A stretch of 60,344 nt of DNA, counting the filler, from Sphacelaria rigidula (lineage: Eukaryota), in assembly GCA_964200075.2 (NCBI GenBank). It is 4 parts of 4 records of this genome, joined end to end, with 100 filler letters (N's around TTAATTAATTAA, not from the genome) between each part and the next. Parts side by side here need not be neighbours in the genome. Positions count along the whole stretch, not along the records: positions 45,335 to 60,344 come from CAXNAA020001943.1; 3 more parts are not named here. One strand, 5' to 3'. Under the pieces are notes generated by a model. It worked only from the letters and a program-made list of their open reading frames with translations, ran no database searches and was not told the DNA's origin. Numbering within the stretch: the first letter of the stretch is position 1; each line of letters starts with the position of its first letter. Below are positions 47,009 through 60,002 of this stretch, in pieces. Made by a program: the position numbers and the translations under genes.

Positions 47009-48015
47009 GCTCTCAAAACCTGAGACGCGATATCCAGATTTAGGTCATCTAGTGCCTCTGCTCGTAATATACTGATTTTATAATAGAACCTTATGTGCGC
47101 CATTTCTCGAGATAGATAACGAACTAGGTGAAAGTGAGGGTATCTATCGTCTCCCCGTGCTCCAGGGAAGGTCCACACCAAAAATCGTCATCATCCGCTT
47201 GATCGATCGTTCGGGGTTTCATATAGATTTTAGTGTCGACGCTATCTCCTAGGTTTAGGAATTACTATACATGGTGCTTACTCGAGGAGACAAAATTGGC
47301 CAAGATTTTTTAGCAGATGGGCACCCTCCCCTTGATCAGACGATTAGTAAGATATGCGGATCACGACCCAACTCGTCTGTGTCGTTGAGACATCGCTTTG
47401 AGAGCTTAAATCTGTGTCTAGGCTGTCCCAGCCTGTACGCAGCACACCTTTTGACTGTATTCCATTGTCCAGGGTATAAAATACGTCACGGTACGTCACA
47501 CCGTTGTGGTGTGACGTTTGTGACGCGTAAAGAAGGTGTGACGTGTAGCATTACGCGAGGACCTCGACCACCCAGATGCTGATGTGCTGTTAGCGCTAAG
47601 CGTCGTTTCGAACCGTAATTTGGACTTCTTCACCCTGGGAGCATAGTAGCAGTGGTGGTGAGGTCTGATGGTTGTGATTTACGTAGATGAGACGTATGTT
47701 CAGTTGCGCCAGCGGCAGCGTGGACGACTGTTAACGTATTTCACTTGTTCAGGGTGCGCTCTCATGCGCCGCGGGAAAAGGAGGAAACGAGATAGATATA
47801 GATAGAGTATGCTTAATTGACTTGTCATGACGCTGCTCAGCCGGTGTCTTGAAAAATATTTCGGGGAAGAGTCATGGACGTGTACATTGCCGGCGTTGAT
47901 GAAGCACGGGTCGGCCCCCCAAGCCTTCCCGACGATCAGCCACATGACCTTTGCGATCTGCGATTGATTTTATCCGTACGAACCCGATGTAATGGATGAA
48001 CCGCTCACCCCCTAA

Positions 48016-48489
48016 GGCTACTTCTGATGTGTAAAAAACACAAGAAAAATGCTGAAAAGTGCATTTTTGGCCCGTCTCCGTCGTTTTTTCTCCGCGAAGA
48101 GGGCTGGGTGGATGTTGACACCTTGAAATGACTTGCTATGCTCGCTGAGACCGTTCCATAGCACCTTTGCGTTTCTCGTAGGTCACAGTTTCGTTGTTGG
48201 CCAAACTTGCATTTTCAATAACAAACGGTCAAGTTATCAAAAATCAGAGGGGAAACTGATATTATTTTCGTCGATTGACCGTTTGTTACTGAAAATGAAA
48301 GTTTGGCCAAAAACGAAACCGTGACCTACGGGAAACGCAAACGTGCTCTGGAACGGCCTCAGCGAGTTGAGCAAGTTATTCCAAGGTGTCAACATCCGCC
48401 CAGCCCTCTTTTCGGGGGGAAAACGACGGAGGAGGGCCGAAAACGCACTTTTCAACACGTGTCATTTTTTTTATACATGAGAAGTAGCC
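48016..48489. mobile_element. PIF/Harbinger-like foldback MITE (474 bp, ~215-bp arms)
   Basis: TAA|GGCTACTTCT...AGAAGTAGCC|TGA. The same TAA|GGCTACTTCT terminus also occurs at 28955-28967. Confidence 0.85.
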
Positions 48490-50973
48490 TGAAAAAAAAT
48501 AACTAATGAAGAAGTCAAACTTTTTTGGTAGATATTAAATTATCGGAAACAAACAAAAAAGCACAGTTTGACTCAAGATACAACACACGAAACGCGTGTA
48601 GAGTGCAAAAATGTTTTTCCAATAAATTATAGTACCTGCATGACGAACATTCAGGAGAAAACGAATCGAATCTATGACTACTTGCTCCCAAAGTGAACAC
48701 GTTATCTCTACGTTACCTCCCGACCATTTACCGTGTAACCTTTACACATTTCTCGGCTTTTGACCTGAAAAACTCGGTTGCTCTGTACAGATGGCCTGAT
48801 GAACGATCTGTACGACCCTGTGATTCGTGTAGGTCCGCTTGACGGTGATCTTTACGGCCCGAGTACTCGTACCAGGGTTTCTATACGCGATCGGTATACT
48901 CTTGTTCATCCGCCCACCTCCTCCTCAGGCATACCTGTGTAATCCGAGTCAGGTGCACTCGAAACGCCAACAACAACCAACCTGTGTACCCTCATAGCTC
49001 GTACAATATACCTCCGTCGTGATCGATGATTTCCAGAACACGAGGACCGTGCAATAACTAGTTGCACCGTGTTATTCGAATCACGTACACATATGTGTTC
49101 ACCCTCTCCCCGAATGACCCGTGTGACACAGATGTTGGTGATCTGTCCGACGTATGAAAACTACACACCCCACACCCCGCCCGCCCCTGCAGCCCAACGC
49201 CCCGAAATAAGAGGGAGGAGCAGGGCGGGTGATACTCTTACTCAACTTTCATGGAAAACGCGCACCGCGTCGTGTCTAAATGAACGATATGGCGGAGAAC
49301 GGAAAACCTACACTAGACACTGCAAACCACCCAAAATAACCACGCGATGACGCCTTCTCTATGGACAATTTTGCCCTACAGAATGGACGATGACGCAATA
49401 ATCGTATGAGAGCGGTAGGCGACAAGACTTCGCATCAACTATATGCCAAGAAACACCGACGTCCAGGCGAGGCTGCTTCCTGTTCGACGATTTCGGATCA
49501 GCGTTCGGTGTATCGCCTTTCACCCTGTGACGGCGGCGGTTACTATGAGAGACAAGTTGCTTGATCTCAGTAGCTTGATCTTGAAGTGGGGAGGCGAACC
49601 CACCTAGTTCGGATGAACCACGTCACTTGATATTGACTGGCTGAAGCTAGTTACTAGGACCGACTATGGGTGAACCACGCCACTTGCTATCAGACCAGCT
49701 GGGGAGGTACTTCACAGCCTCCAAAACAAGCTGTCAACTTGTCAATTGCATCCACAAGCAAGAGGCAATTTCGAGAGAAAATACGACCAAGAAGATTATT
49801 TTTTCGGGCCCGCCAGGGCGGGGGGTGTTACGGGGGCGCGTGAAAGTCTGGGGTTTTGTTTTGATTACACCAAGAGCGCCTCCCCGAAAATGTGTAAGGT
49901 TAAACACTAAAATGAGTTTTAACGCCAAAGGAGAACTTTTCCTGACCTCAGGTCGTGTCAAATGGCTTTCAAATGGACAACCCCACGCCCCCCGACCTCC
50001 CTGAAACTAGTTTTGGGAGTTTCCCGTCTTCCGTTCCCCCACAGGGTAGGTGCGAAAGCACCATTTTTCGGGCGAAAAAACGCCCCTTTATTTCACCGCC
50101 AAATCGAGGCAAAAATCTGCTTCCGTACATACATGCACACCCTTTGGGGGAACGGGAGACGGAAAACCACCCGAAGGTAGTTGAGGGTGGTCGGGGGGCA
50201 TGGGATCGTCTACATGAAAGTCATCTGCCGCGACCTCCGGTCAGGTAAAGCACTGTTTGGGAGTTGAACCTCATTTTGATGTTCAAACCTATTTTCGCGA
50301 AGACTCTCATCACCGTTTCCTGTGCGGGTATACCTTCTCCCAAGAGAGGCCCCGAACTGAAACAAACCCTACTACAGACACGAGAACACAAAACCTTGTA
50401 CACGGCAAGAGCACAGTATAACTATTTTCATTTTCCAATCACATATCGTGGACAGAAAGTGTGCTGCCAAAAACAAAGTTTATGAAATACTTTCAAAATC
50501 TACCTGCATTTCGCCCCATTGCACGCTCCTGCAGCACGCAAGATCAGACACAAACGATAAGAGCTTGTTGACTGCGCTTCAAATGAACATCGGGGCGAAG
50601 TTTCAGCGCCGTGCGGGTCGGGCAGCGCGTGTACGGCGAGGGCTGCATCACTGCGTTGTGACTACTTGTACCTGGCACACCACGAACTGTGTCCCCGCGA
50701 ACACTTTTTCCATCGGACGACCCGCTGATGTCCTCCAAACTGGCTCAACGACGACAGTACCTAGCTCCTGCTGATCCCACTCTCAGTTCGGTGTAAATTC
50801 ACCATACCTTGGACAGTATGTGGCGAATAGTTGCAACAGGAAATATATACTGCATTAAGCGTAGGTATATTGCAACTCTTCACCGCATATTGTCCAGGGT
50901 GTGTGAAATCTACACACCCGGATATACCCTGATTCTCCAACCTTCGCGTTTTCATGAACTTCTTGTGTCACAG

Positions 50974-53900
50974 GTGCTCTTGTTGAAGTCAGCGGCATCA
51001 GTGCGGCCGCCAACGCTTATGACACCAGGACTTCCGGTCACGGCTGCGCACCAAACGGCTGCGTGGCGGAAAACGCCATCGATGACTCTATTGAGCCCGC
51101 GTCGCGCTGGTCATGCAGCGCATCATTGATGGATGGCGACGCCTGCGAGCTAACCCTAACGTTCGACACCCCCCAGGATCTTTCAGAGATGAGAGTGGCG
51201 TTGTGGAAGGGCGACCAGCGCACGCGATCCATTGACGTCTTGGTGGACGGCGCACTCGACGGCACGTTCGTCTCCAGCGGCACGACAACCGATTACGAGA
51301 CGTACGACTTGGTTGTCGCGCAGGTCAATGAAGTGGTTCTGCAGGCCGTTGATATCGCCGACAACGGATGGCTCAGCGTGACCGGGGTGAGTGAAACAAG
51401 CGTGACCATCTTTCACTACTCTCATGCTGTACGCGCAATGTATCGTGTTTCCCACCTCTCTGTTTCCGTTCTGTGAGTGCAGCTGACGTTTTCCAAGATG
51501 ATTTTCCTTCTGTCGTTTTCTTTTTGCCAAGCCTGCAGGTATGCCTTCGCGTTCATATGCCTGACGGTCCCGTCGAGATGACCGAAGGGAAAGGACCAAC
51601 AAAGAGCCTACAAACCCCACCTAGTTCGTACCGACGAAACTCCTATGGTTGTGGAGATATGGCATCAATTGGTAAAAGGCTACACAACTGTGTCATAAAG
51701 AGCAGATTTCTCATCCCTCCCCTGCGTTCTTTGCTTCTTCTGCGGGGTATTCCCAGGTTCTGTTCATGACCGACGACGGAGACCAGGTCGAATCCACACC
51801 TTCTCCCGGATCCCAGCCTACACCAAGCCCACAAGACACGGAGTCTACTCCCGCACCCGCCCCACAAGACGACAACTCGCTGCCTGCTCTGTTTGGTATG
51901 TACTAGTGCGTTCAAGATATCTATGAACATAAACACAAGGGAAACGTGGCACGCATCTGATTTGTGTATCGCAAATCAATACCGTCGCCCCCAAGCGCTG
52001 TAACTCACTGTTCACTCGAGGGCTACAATTTGTCTAAATGTATAATAATACATAATATACACACATACATGCATACATACACACATACACACACGTACAT
52101 AAATGCTGCATCTTTATGTGGTCCACATCAGTGTAGTCCGTTCGTCCTCTCCTTTTTTTTGTTTCACATATCCCCTTTTGAGTTTCCTGTGCATGCGTTA
52201 TCTCCTTATTGTCGTATTAAGTATGTCCATCTGATGATCACTTCATGCCTTCTTTTGACATCTCAAGGGCGCTCTCTTGTGTCACCTTCGCTGCAGAACT
52301 TTTCGCTAGAGCATGACATCTCCATTGCCCCTCTTGAGTCGACCTCTCTTTCTGGGTGTGTATCTTGGTTTGCCAACCCACCGTGCTTTGTACCGTTTTG
52401 CTATCCCGACCAATTCAACAGATTGCCCGGATGGGTCAACGCGCTCTTCCTTGGAAATCGTTATGGAGGAACTTGGACGTGACCAGCAGCTCCACGTTCG
52501 GGAGCCTGGAGGGAGGGTAGTGGATTTATGGTTCGTCGGGGTGAGTCATTGGATGTCTCACACGTCTGTGACTGGTGATAAATGCAGTGGACACATGTTC
52601 GAGAACGTCAAGCACCGAATGAAGTAGCGTGTAACCTCCTGTGAGTGGGTTTTGCTCGTACCCCCTGTGCATCGCTGAAAATTCGTCGCTCACCTGTTGT
52701 GGACTGAAATTCCTCAAAACTGCACAGGACGTGGGAGGCAAAGGCTATTTCAACAATGACGTCGACAGTCCCTACCAGACCTACCTGCTGTTCAACGGTC
52801 TGAACGTGGACAGTGACCCGGTTCTCGGCACCTACGAAGTGACCGTCCAGCGTGGCTTCAGCGACGACCCGTTCAAGGTTACTGCTCTCGTGGACGGCGA
52901 GGTTGTGTGGGTGGAGGAAGGCACCCTGGACAACAGTCAAAAATCTCCGGTATTCGAAGTGACACTTGCCGCGTACGCCGAGAGCGATTGCAGCATTGAT
53001 GCCTACGGTGAGTACAAAGCCACAGCGGCCGCTGGGTCCCCGTCCCCTGACTTGTCCTTAACAAAACCGGCCAGGGCGGAGGTGAGGTGTCCAACCGCAG
53101 CGGATACACATTTATTGTGGAATAGTTTACATCCGTTGGTGAGAACAACACATGAGAAGCGAAGAGAACTTGACGAAAGCCCCCGCGGGGCGAGAGTGCT
53201 GATCCAATCCGCGGTATCGAAGTGTTATGCATGTACCGGGGAGGCCTATATCCTTAATAGCGAGGGGTCAGGAATGAAGAAAACTGACGGGGAAGCTCAC
53301 GCGACGGGGGGGTGGTGAGCTGATCCAATCCGCAAGCAAATTGCCGGGCTGTACCAGAGGAGACGCGGATTGACCCCCAGAAGCTACGGACTGGTCCTGA
53401 GGAACGGGAGTTGTCACAAGTATGATGAAAACACACAAACGATTCATGCAAAACACATACCACAAACTATATGTTTGTTATTTCGAGTCGTTATGCGATG
53501 GCCTCCAGCGCCGTGTATAAGGAAAGGGTGATTGGCTTCGCCATATGTAGAACACGATTTATCTGCTGTACGGTGAGCAGTTTTCGATCCAGTCGCTCCT
53601 TGATGACCCTTCCCTCGCTTGGTGCACAGATGAATGCCCGAGTGGTTCGTACAGCCCCGACGGCAATCCACCCTGCGAGCTATGCTTGTCGGAAGAAGAC
53701 GACGATGGAGGTGTAGTAGGCGCGACGACTTGCAACGCAACAGGTGCGTTGTCGTGTAGACTTGTCGTGCAGAGGTCACTCTACGATCGTCCCTCGTAAA
53801 TAGAAGCGATGAAAGACAAGAACGCTTGGACGTGTGTGGAAAGGGACCAGGGGTGTTTTCATGTTGTTATTTTTCACATGATTACGTCTTCGCGGTTGCG

Positions 53901-56900
53901 CAACTACCTTTTTCGATGACGCAGTTAGCTTGTTTGATTCCGTCATGACTTTGGTCGATTAATAGCGGTGCTGTGCTGGTGCTTCTCATTTGTGGGAGGT
54001 TTCGCGTGGACTATGTGTGTTGTCCGTTCCATCATCGTTCCATCATCGTTCCATCATCAGGCGCAGCAACTCTCGCGATGTTTCTCGTCATGAACGAGGA
54101 GTAAGAGTAGCATATAATGTATCCTTTTGACGCTGGGAACGAGTTGAGCACAGCGCTGTGACCCGAATAGCGCGATATTTCCCCTCATGATGATACTCAT
54201 ATCTGCCATGACACGGACGTCGAATAAGCAGCAAGATATTTTCACACCAGACCAAGTGCGAAATATTCCGTAAAGAAGGCACGGGCCGTGATTACTTCGA
54301 ATGCACGGGCTCCCGAACCATTCGAAATACTAATCGAGATGCCCTTCTGGAGGAGTCTATTCAAATTTGGTTCAGGGTAGTGATGGTATCTGGTAGCTGA
54401 GTCGGATTTATCTTGTTTACCCTACGAAAGCTAGCACTCATACTGAGGGTTTCCTTGACAAACCTGGGCCGGTATGAATGAAGGCTCACAGTGCCAGCTT
54501 TGCCCCAAGCCCATCTGCAACACGTGGATCCTGTTGCCTACGGCGATCAAGTCTGCCGTATCCTGCCATGGGGTCAAGCGACACGTCCATCGTACCCACG
54601 ATGTCAACGCCCACCGTTCATCCGCGTTTTGGTTGGCGTTCTCTTGTTTCGCGTCTCTTATTCTGTCTTTCCCACCCCTACCTCTCGCCGTACCTTTCTG
54701 ACGCTCACATCGGGATCGAAGACGGAGACGACGACGGGACTGAGTCAACACCTGCTCCTCAATCCCAGACTACATCCAGCTCGCAAGACAGCAGCTCGCT
54801 GCCTACCCTGTTTGGTATGTCCCATCGCTTCCGGGATACGTACATGCACGAGCACATCAAAACATTATCGTCAGCAAACATTTGGTTGTGTATTGCGATA
54901 TACGTCATCCCCTCCAAGTGTAGTATAATGCCCAGTCATCTGAGGATTTCACCAATTGCGTGAACAAATCTGACCGCAGCGGGGGAAGCACAACAGTCTC
55001 CAGCAGAATCTTATTCTGCCCAGTTCCGGACGACTGTGTCGCCTCAAGAAATACACCCTATAAAAGGGGTGGAACAATGCACTCAGAGCACCAACGCTTC
55101 ACTTGAGTGTAATTCAGGGTGCTCTAAATCCAAGCAGAAAAGTTGCGAGACCCAGTCAGATCCCTCGAACTTGGGTTGGTTCATGTGTTGGGAGCATGTT
55201 CCGGGACTTGGAGCAAGGATGTATGCGGAACTGTGTTCGAGGGGTTGGCACGAACTGACCGTGAGTAATAAGGATGGAACTGATGTGGGAAATAAAAAGC
55301 AGCGTCAAGTGGATACATATGTCTTGTATCACGTCGTGGCAAGGAAGTGTTGTGATTCTTCGAGAATTCACAGTAGCTTCTGTTGGTCCTCGTGGTTACC
55401 CGTCACAGCATTTTCACGTGGTTGACTCGCACGAAGGGTTTGTCCCCAGGTTTGACGAGCCTAATCAATCTCCATTCAAGATGTTGTCATCTGTATTTTT
55501 CTTCTTGTTGACATGTCCTTTTCTTCTCTATTTTTCCTCCCATATTTTGCTTTTTTTTTCCCGGGTCTCCTCAACAAGTGTTTCTGCTGATTGCTTGTGG
55601 ATGCGGCATTCATATAGTCGCGGCTGGATTTGTAGCAGCTTACTTGGTGTGCAACAATCAATCGATACATGAATATATGTATACAGTCGCCTTCTATTTG
55701 AAGCCCTATCGTTACCGTGTGCCTCCATGTGACTTGTGACACCCCGAGGGCGATTTTTTGGTTCTCTTCGCTGCATAACAACTCTTCGCCAGGGTATCGT
55801 ATTTTCTAGGTGTGTGTCTTGGTCGCCAACCCACCGTGCCGTGCTCCGTTCTGCCGTCCAAATCAATTAAACAGATTGCCCTGATGGATCAACGCGCTCT
55901 TCCTTGGAAATTGTTCTGGAAGAACAAGGTAACGACCAGCAGCTCCACGTCCTCGAGCCTGGAGGGAGCGTGGTGGATTTGTGGTTCGCCGGGGTGAGTC
56001 ATTGGATGTCCCACACATCTGCGGCTGGTGAAATATGTAGCGGAACTATGTTTGACAACTCAGCACCGACTGATCTTGTGCGCGGCTTTTCGTGTGTTCG
56101 TCTTGCTGGTATACCCTCTGCATCACTGGAAATTTGCCTTTACCTGGTTCCGCCCATGAAATCCGCAAATTATACAGGACGTGGGTGGCAAGGGTTATTA
56201 CATTGATAGAACCACCGACACCCCGTACCAGACCTACCTGCTGTTCAACGGCCTAGACGTGGACAGCGACGAGGTACTCGGCACCTACAGTGTGACCGTC
56301 GAGCGAGGCTTCAGCGGCGACCCGTTCAAGGTCACTGCTCTCGTGGACGGCGAGGTTGTGTGGGTGGAGGAAGGCACCCTGGACGGGGACGGAGATTCTC
56401 CGATGGCATTCGAAGTGGAACTTACCGCGTACGCCGAGAGCGATTGTAGCATTGATGTCTATGGTGAGTGCAAAGCCACAGCGGCCGCTGCGTCTCCGTC
56501 GCCTGACTTGTCCTTAACAAAACCGGCTGGGCGGGGTGTTGAAGTTTGAAACCGCAGCGAATACGCTTTTGGTGTGGAACAGTTGATACCTGTCGGCGAG
56601 AACAACGTACGAGAAGCGAAGATAACTTGACGAAGCCCACGGGGGGTGGGAGTGCTGATCTGATCCGTGGCATCTGAGTGTTGGGCACGTACCGGTGGAG
56701 GGTGGGTATCTTGCTCGACCCTCGTTGAGAACGAGGGGTGAGGAACAAAGAAGATTGACGGGGAAGCTCACGTGGTGGTGGAGGGGACGCGTACTCATTT
56801 GTTACTTGCCTTGGTCGTCTGACCATTGACCATGCATTTCTTTCGAGACGGAGCACCGTTCCTACTCCCTTGGGCGGGGGGGGGGGGGGGCGGGGGTGAT

Positions 56901-58516
56901 CTAGTCCGTGATACCAAAATGCCGGACTGTGCCGGAGGAGACGCGGACTGATCCCCGGAAGCTTCGGACTGGTCCCGAGGGACGGGAGTTGTCACAAGTA
57001 TGATGAAAACACACAAAAGATACGTGCAAATCACATACCACGAATTATATATTGATGATTTCGAGTCGTTATGCGATGGCCTCCAGCACCGTGTACAAGG
57101 GAAGGAGGATTGACTTCACCAGATGTAGAACACGATTTATCTGCTGTACGGTGAACAGTTCCTGATCCAGTCGCTCCTTGATGGTCCTTCCCTCGCTTGG
57201 TGCACAGATGAATGCCCGAATGGTTCGTACAGCCCCGACGGTAACCCACCCTGCGAGCTATGCTTGTCGGAAGAAGACGACGATGGAAGTAGAGTAGGCG
57301 CGACGACTTGCGACGCATAAGGTGCGTTGCCGTGTAGCGGTCACTCCATGATCGTCCCTCACGGTTAAAAGCGATGAAAGACAAGAACGCTTGGACATGT
57401 GAGGAAAGGAGCCAGGGGTGTTTTCTTTTGCTGTATTTTGTTGTGTTTTATATGAGAAAGTTTTCGTGGTTTCACTTCTGCTTCATTCGATGACGCGGTT
57501 GGGTCGTTTGATTCCGTCATGTACTTGCTCGATTAACAGCGGTGCCGATGCTTCTCATTCGTGGGAGGTTTCTCGTCGACTGGGCGTGTTATTCTATGTT
57601 CCCAGCTGGTTCCATCATCAGGCGCAGCAACTCTCGCGATGTTTCTCGCCATGTACAGGGAGCAAGCACAGCATCTCATGTACCCACTTGACGCTGGACA
57701 CGAGTTGAACACAGCGCCGTGGCCCGAACAGTGCGATACTTCCCCTCATGATGATACTCATACCCGCCATGACGTGGACGTGGACTAAGGAACGGGGGTG
57801 TTCATACCAGACCTAGTTCAATAAGTAAATTGTAAAGAAGACTCCTATCTTGATGGATTTCAAGGCACGGGCTCCTGAATCGTTCAGAAGGCATATCGAC
57901 CGGGTTCGATATCTAGCTCGTCCGCGGTCTCGGAATGCACGGGCGATTATTTATACTCGACCACTTGCGGCAGGAGTGACGTCATTCCGGCGTGAAGTGT
58001 TTTGCTCTTCCCGCTTTTACCACCCATCATCGTTTGAGTTTCGACTTGATATATTCAAAACATGTCGGAGGAGCCGGTAGTGGGAATGAACAATCTAGAG
58101 AAATGATCCACCCGGGTCTCCAATTCCCATATATTCAAAATAATAATCGCGACAAACGCCTTCCTGAGGTCATGGTTGATAGTTCGGCGAAATTCATTCC
58201 TCCCCCCCCTCATTACTGCCAGCACTAACACTGTGGGTTTCATTGACGAGTCGTATCCGGTATAACTTATGGCTCACGCTCACACTGCCAGCTTTGCCTT
58301 TAGCCCATCGGCAACACGTGGATCCTATTGCCTACGGCGACTCAAATCTGCCGTATCCCGCCGTGGGGTCGAGCGAAACGTCAATCGTACCCACGACGTC
58401 AACGCCCACCGTTCATCCGCGTTTTGGTTTGCGATCTCTTGCTTTGCGTCTCTTACTCTATTTCCCCCCAATTCCCTCCTCCGCACCTCACCTTTTTATC
58501 AGTTAAATCGGGTTGA
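50974..58516 (+). CDS. Putative extracellular protein: F5/8-type-C/discoidin(CBM32)-like domain + 2x [P/S/T linker + ~135-aa uncharacterised beta-rich domain]. Exons: 50974-51386, 51757-51895, 52422-52540, 52728-53007, 54722-54814, 55875-55993, 56178-56463, 58503-58516 (last exon tentative; first exon unresolved)
   Basis: All introns are GT-AG with consistent phases and strongly C3/G3-biased codons. Exon 1: AYDTR...GCAPNGCVAENAIDD...SRWSC...CELTLTFDTPQD...VALWKGDQRTR...WLSVT. Repeat: DCPDGSTRSSLEIV.EE.G.DQQLHV.EPGG.VVDLWF.GDVGGKGY...PYQTYLLFNGL.VDSD.VLGTY.VTV.RGFS.DPFKVTALVDGEVVWVEEGTLD...FEV.L.AYAESDCSID.Y. Confidence 0.8.
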
Positions 58517-58520
58517 AGAG
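52330..58520 (+). repeat. Tandem segmental duplication within the gene (~52330-54722 vs ~55780-58520), introns included
   Basis: Intron sequence is highly similar between copies, e.g. 53340-53850 vs 56915-57420 and 54480-54720 vs 58272-58518. Confidence 0.9.
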
Positions 58521-59647
58521 AGATTTACGCCTGCCGGATTCATATTGAACTTCCGGATTCATATTGAACATCTCTTCAACCTCCATCGAACTTGGGTTGG
58601 CGCGTTTTTTCGGAGCCACTACTTGTGCTGGAGCATAACCTTGAAAGACGTCACGTCTTCTTTCGCGCTTGGCGACATTCTTTCGTGTTTTCTGTTGCGG
58701 GTCCACGTGTTCGTTTCATTGTTGTTTTTGTTTTCGTTTTAATTTGACAGACTGTATTTCCGTTGATGATCTGCGACGACGGATTTTGGCGCTTTTGAAG
58801 GGTTTTGGTTCCACCACCCGGCATGCGCGCCTCACGCGTAGGGACATAGCTGAGTCTATTTCGCACTGATTTCCGCTTTTCGAATAGCGAGTATGATGGA
58901 GGAATGAAGGGAAAACTCGGATGTGTGGTTTCTTCGAAACAACACGGAACTTTCAAGTTGGGTAAAGAAACCCAGCGTCAGCGATCTTCTGGCTTCTCCA
59001 GCTGTGGTGCTTTAGTTTATCCGGTGGGTTCAGGCGAAGCATCTCCAACGATGTGGAGGAGGGATGGGCTTCACCCTCGAGGTCCTTCGCCCTGTATAGC
59101 TATATGTTCGTATGTAGAAGAGCCTTTATTGTTGTATCCTTGTAGGCGGAGTTGACGCAATTCAACTGCACCGGAATGATTCGACGCAGCCGTGACAAGA
59201 GCTTGTTATATGATTGGGAGACGGTACAAATGCTGGGCGAAGAATTCGATCAAAAGCTACTTGGATGCCATGGGATGGTGTATGTGTTTAAGCGCAATGA
59301 AGATTAGATCGAGGCCTCGGTAATAAATATGTAGACAGCATCTTGCGTGGTTGCCCTGTTGTGTGCTTGTGTTGTAGTATCGGATTGAGGTGAGAATGCA
59401 GTCGCTGACCATACTGTGCTGGATTGTTCTGTAAGCGCAAAAACAGTCCCGTTAGGGCAATATGCATTACATTTCTTTTCCGCGAACTGTATTCTCAGTT
59501 GTTCCTGTAGTGAAGGCTTCAAAGCACTGGTAAGGGTGTTGTTGTTTGGGTCCTGAAATGTGAGAGATTGAAGATCAGGCTGAGCACAGCGGACTAATGA
59601 GAATGTTTCGGGATGTTCTCGAGTTGTTGATTTTTATGGGCCATAGC

Positions 59648-60002
59648 AGCCGGTCGCCCCGGTGGGTCAGTTGGAAACTCCTGACGTTTGGGTCGTGGGT
59701 TCGAACCTCGGACGATGTGGGATATTTTCTCACACATTGCCCATTATTGGAGAGCGACTATGTCGTTGGTACACAAAATTCAACTGAGTGGTCGACGAGG
59801 GAAAGGGACCGCTGAATCCCTCTCGCGATAAACAGTAAAGGTGAGCACCGCAGAAGGGAGGGGGAGAACGAAAACAAAGAAAAACCTCCAGTGTTGGTAT
59901 TCCCCCTGTGTGACCCCGGCTGGTGCGCCCATATATACCGAACGGTGTAGACCGGCGTCCAGAACAGATGGGACGACAACGCACACAGCACAACAACACA
60001 CA
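59648..60002 (+). mobile_element. tRNA-derived SINE, family A, with a CA-rich tail and candidate TSD CATAGC
   Basis: Box A TGGGTCAGTTGG (59663-59674), box B GGTTCGAACC (59698-59707), tail ACAACGCACACAGCACAACAACACACA, and CATAGC at 59642-59647 and 60003-60008. Confidence 0.75.

Noticed and set aside
54478..54721. Exon-like segment conserved in both cassette copies (also 58272-58450)
   Set aside because: The copies differ by a 1-nt indel (GGCGATCAAG vs GGCGACTCAAA), so a shared reading frame is not preserved. Treated as intron.
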